Of a stretch of DNA of 64,000 nt, positions 61,649 to 64,000 are shown piece by piece. Position 1 is the first letter of the stretch; every line of letters starts with the position of its first letter. The stretch comes from an uncultured Gammaproteobacteria bacterium (GTDB taxonomy: Bacteria > Pseudomonadota > Gammaproteobacteria > Poriferisulfidales > GCA-002705445), in contig CAJWEM010000004.1 in assembly GCA_913031205.1 (NCBI GenBank), positions 1,207-65,206 on the forward strand, read 5' to 3'. The notes under the pieces are model-generated. The model saw only the letters and a list, made by a program, of their open reading frames with translations, was not told the origin of the DNA and did not search any database. Position numbers and translations under genes: made by a program.

Positions 61649-62711
61649 ATCCGTAAAGTTTTTGAAAAATAAGTATACTAATAATTGATAATATTATAAG
61701 CGGTAAGAATGCTCCTAGTAGAGGTGGTATATCTATGATGAGTGAAAGATTATTCATTGTTTGATTAAACAAAAATAATCCTACACCAAGTAAGATTCCT
61801 ACAAATACTCTTTGTCCATAACTTGCAGATCTTATATTTGAATGAACAAATGGAGTTGTTAATAGAAACATTATCAAACATGATAAAGGTATAGAAAATT
61901 TCGACCAAAATGCTAACTCGTACATTTTTGCTTCCATCGAATTACTTTTAAGATAGCCAATATATTGATTTAACTGAAATAGGGTCATTTGATTTGGCTT
62001 AACAACCATAATATCAAATAAATCTAAATCAAAAAATTCTTCAAAGGTTGTAATTTCCATTGATGTGACTTTTACATCCTTGCCTTCAAAACTTGTAGAA
62101 GTAATATTTTTCATTATCCATCTATTGTCTTGATAAAAACCCTCTTCGGCATATACAGACTCCATAAGCTGCTGTTTATTATTGAACCTGTAAAGAGAAA
62201 CTTCCTCTATAATTTTGTCTGGGAATACTTTTGCTATATGAATAAAACTATCTTTACTTTTTATCCATATACCGTCAGTATTTTTCATGCTCAACCTATT
62301 TGATTGACTTAAATTTTTCACTTCATTTGCTAATTGTTGTCCTTTAGGGGCAATAAATTCTCCTATTAAAAAAGTAAAGAGCATAATTAGTAATCCTGCC
62401 CGAAGAGATATAAAGATTATTTTTGGGAAAGATATACCGCTAGATTTTACTGCATTTAATTCACTTGTACTTGACAATTTACTTAACCCGATCAAGCTCC
62501 CCATAAGAGTTGCTATTGGAAACACTTCGTATATATTTTGAGGTATGTTCAGCAATACATACAAGAAAGCAAGAGACAGAGAATACTCTGCGTCAACTTT
62601 CTTTAACTCATCTACAAGATCTAATAAGCCAACAACTACAATTAAAATACCCAAAATAGTAAATATTGATATTAGGATTTGCTTTGCAATATATTTATCT
62701 AATATTTTCAT
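61617..62711 (-). CDS. lptG: LPS export ABC transporter permease LptG
   Basis: 364 aa YjgP/YjgQ family with 6 TM helices and a large periplasmic beta-jellyroll. Downstream of lptF. Confidence 0.85.
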   Translation of the reverse strand: MKILDKYIAKQILISIFTILGILIVVVGLLDLVDELKKVDAEYSLSLAFLYVLLNIPQNIYEVFPIATLMGSLIGLSKLSSTSELNAVKSSGISFPKIIFISLRAGLLIMLFTFLIGEFIAPKGQQLANEVKNLSQSNRLSMKNTDGIWIKSKDSFIHIAKVFPDKIIEEVSLYRFNNKQQLMESVYAEEGFYQDNRWIMKNITSTSFEGKDVKVTSMEITTFEEFFDLDLFDIMVVKPNQMTLFQLNQYIGYLKSNSMEAKMYELAFWSKFSIPLSCLIMFLLTTPFVHSNIRSASYGQRVFVGILLGVGLFLFNQTMNNLSLIIDIPPLLGAFLPLIILSIISILIFQKLYGFKLSLSMFSK

Positions 62712-63982
62712 TTTCTATTTACCATATTCTTAAAATGATTTTTTATTTGAGCAAAACTATAAATTTGGTCTCTTTTGTTTAGATATAAGGTATAACAAAT
62801 GAGTAATGCCAGAATATGTACCCACCAAGTACCAAAAATAGTGAAATAGAAAGATTCCTTCTGGATACCATTTACTGAAACAATTATTAAATTGGAGTAA
62901 AGAAAATAAACTATAATTGCATAAAGAATATTAGAATACTTGTTCTGTCTCGGGGCAACGTCTCCAAAAATAAATGCAAAAAGAATTAATACTATGACCG
63001 AAAGTGGTGCAAATAAACGCCATTGAATCTCTGCGCTAGCTAATGGTTCGTTTTCATCATTAAAAAGCTCGTACATACTTTTCATTCTGTAATTAAGAGA
63101 GAAATCAGGTGTTGTATTTAATAACTTAACTTCATGTAAATCATATTTCATGACCTGAAAATTTCCCGTTCCAGGAGTCCCAGTGTATCTCTGCCCGTTT
63201 TTCAAAATTAACCTCCTGACCCCATCTTCTAAAAACTCGTCGCCCTCTTCAGCTGTCTCAATAGAAATTTTGTTGTTTTCGGAACTTTTTATGAATATTC
63301 TTTTTGAAACGTCATTTTCAAGTTCTTCAACAAAAATTATCCAGTTTTTATCTTTCATTTGAATAAACTTTCCAGGTGATGTGAGACCAATCTCAGATGT
63401 TGCTGCGGCTTCAATTTTCGTTTTTTGAATTTCTGTTATTAAATGTGGCGATACAAAAATATTTAGAAAAAAAATAATCAAAAAAGAAGGTATCGTTATA
63501 GTGTAAAAATATTTTGTGAAAATGGCTTGAAAGTTTCCTGAAGATTTTAACGCGCTAATTTCACTATCTCGATATAATTTTGATAAGGATACAATCAAGG
63601 AGATCATTATTGCAAAAGGTAATAGCAATATTATAGATTTGGATGTACTTAAAAATAAAAGATTAAAAATCATATCTATATCAAACCTACCATCTACAAC
63701 GTATTGAAGAAGCCTTACAAATAATCTTCCAACTATTACTAAAATTAAAACGAAAAACACAGATAAGAAAATATATATAAAATTTTTAAGTAAATATTTA
63801 TCTATTATTGAAAGAATATGTAATTTTTTTAAAATTTCTTTTTGTTTTTCAAATCGCGAGTAAAAATCTTTTTTATTTATTTTAATGGTATTAAAAGACA
63901 AATTTTTAATATAGCTATTTTGTTTTTGTTCAAGAGCGGATATAATCTTATTACTGAGGTGGTTTAATTTAAATTTGAACAA
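62708..63982 (-). CDS. lptF: LPS export ABC transporter permease LptF (N-terminus probably shorter than the track ORF)
   Basis: YjgP/YjgQ family. The conserved core begins near LSIIDKYLLKNFIYIF, so the true start is probably a non-ATG codon downstream of 63982. Confidence 0.8.
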   Translation of the reverse strand: MFKFKLNHLSNKIISALEQKQNSYIKNLSFNTIKINKKDFYSRFEKQKEILKKLHILSIIDKYLLKNFIYIFLSVFFVLILVIVGRLFVRLLQYVVDGRFDIDMIFNLLFLSTSKSIILLLPFAIMISLIVSLSKLYRDSEISALKSSGNFQAIFTKYFYTITIPSFLIIFFLNIFVSPHLITEIQKTKIEAAATSEIGLTSPGKFIQMKDKNWIIFVEELENDVSKRIFIKSSENNKISIETAEEGDEFLEDGVRRLILKNGQRYTGTPGTGNFQVMKYDLHEVKLLNTTPDFSLNYRMKSMYELFNDENEPLASAEIQWRLFAPLSVIVLILFAFIFGDVAPRQNKYSNILYAIIVYFLYSNLIIVSVNGIQKESFYFTIFGTWWVHILALLICYTLYLNKRDQIYSFAQIKNHFKNMVNRK

Positions 63983-64000
63983 ATTGTAAATATCTAACCA

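Noticed and set aside
1-64000. CRISPR arrays, IS elements, and prophage genes
   Set aside because: No regularly spaced direct repeats, no transposase or phage-structural ORFs, and no terminal inverted repeats were seen. The only tandem repeat is the in-frame 15-mer at 35675-35730.

Overview
This is a 64-kb, AT-rich (roughly 30% GC) chromosomal segment with dense, mostly minus-strand housekeeping genes. The encoded proteins are Lys/Asn/Ile-rich. Gene order matches known gammaproteobacterial synteny in several blocks: carAB-dapB, hrcA-grpE-dnaK-dnaJ, nadK-recN ... fur divergent from bamE(omlA)-ratB-ratA ... smpB (Pseudomonas-like), dnaQ-rnhA-yafS, ppiD-hupB-lon-clpX-clpP-tig, ppiA-lpxH, and purF-cvpA-dedD-folC-accD-trpA-trpB-trpF-truA-asd-leuBDC, followed by aroC, psd, efp, htpX, dsbC-xerD, lptFG. 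By inference the organism is a genome-streamlined, probably marine, gammaproteobacterium. Seven tRNA genes are present (Asp, Val, Leu, His, Arg, Pro), all on the minus strand. I found no CRISPR array, no transposase or integrase other than the housekeeping xerD, and no rRNA. The most unusual stretch is a 2.9-kb islet bounded by tRNA-Leu on one side and the tRNA-His/Arg/Pro cluster on the other. It encodes a CPBP intramembrane protease, a single polypeptide that joins a PCu(A)C copper-chaperone domain (exact H-X10-M-X21-H-X-M motif) through a tandem MDHSE Met/His repeat to a CopB-like outer-membrane beta-barrel, and a DUF4149/TMEM205-like membrane protein. This looks like a compact, possibly undescribed outer-membrane copper handling module. 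Other oddities: a BamE lipoprotein extended to 344 aa by an acidic linker and a C-terminal NTF2-like domain; three tiny membrane ORFs between recN and fur; a RecB-like SF1 helicase core with no nuclease domain; and a YejABEF-type ABC importer whose substrate-binding lipoprotein ends in a transmembrane helix.
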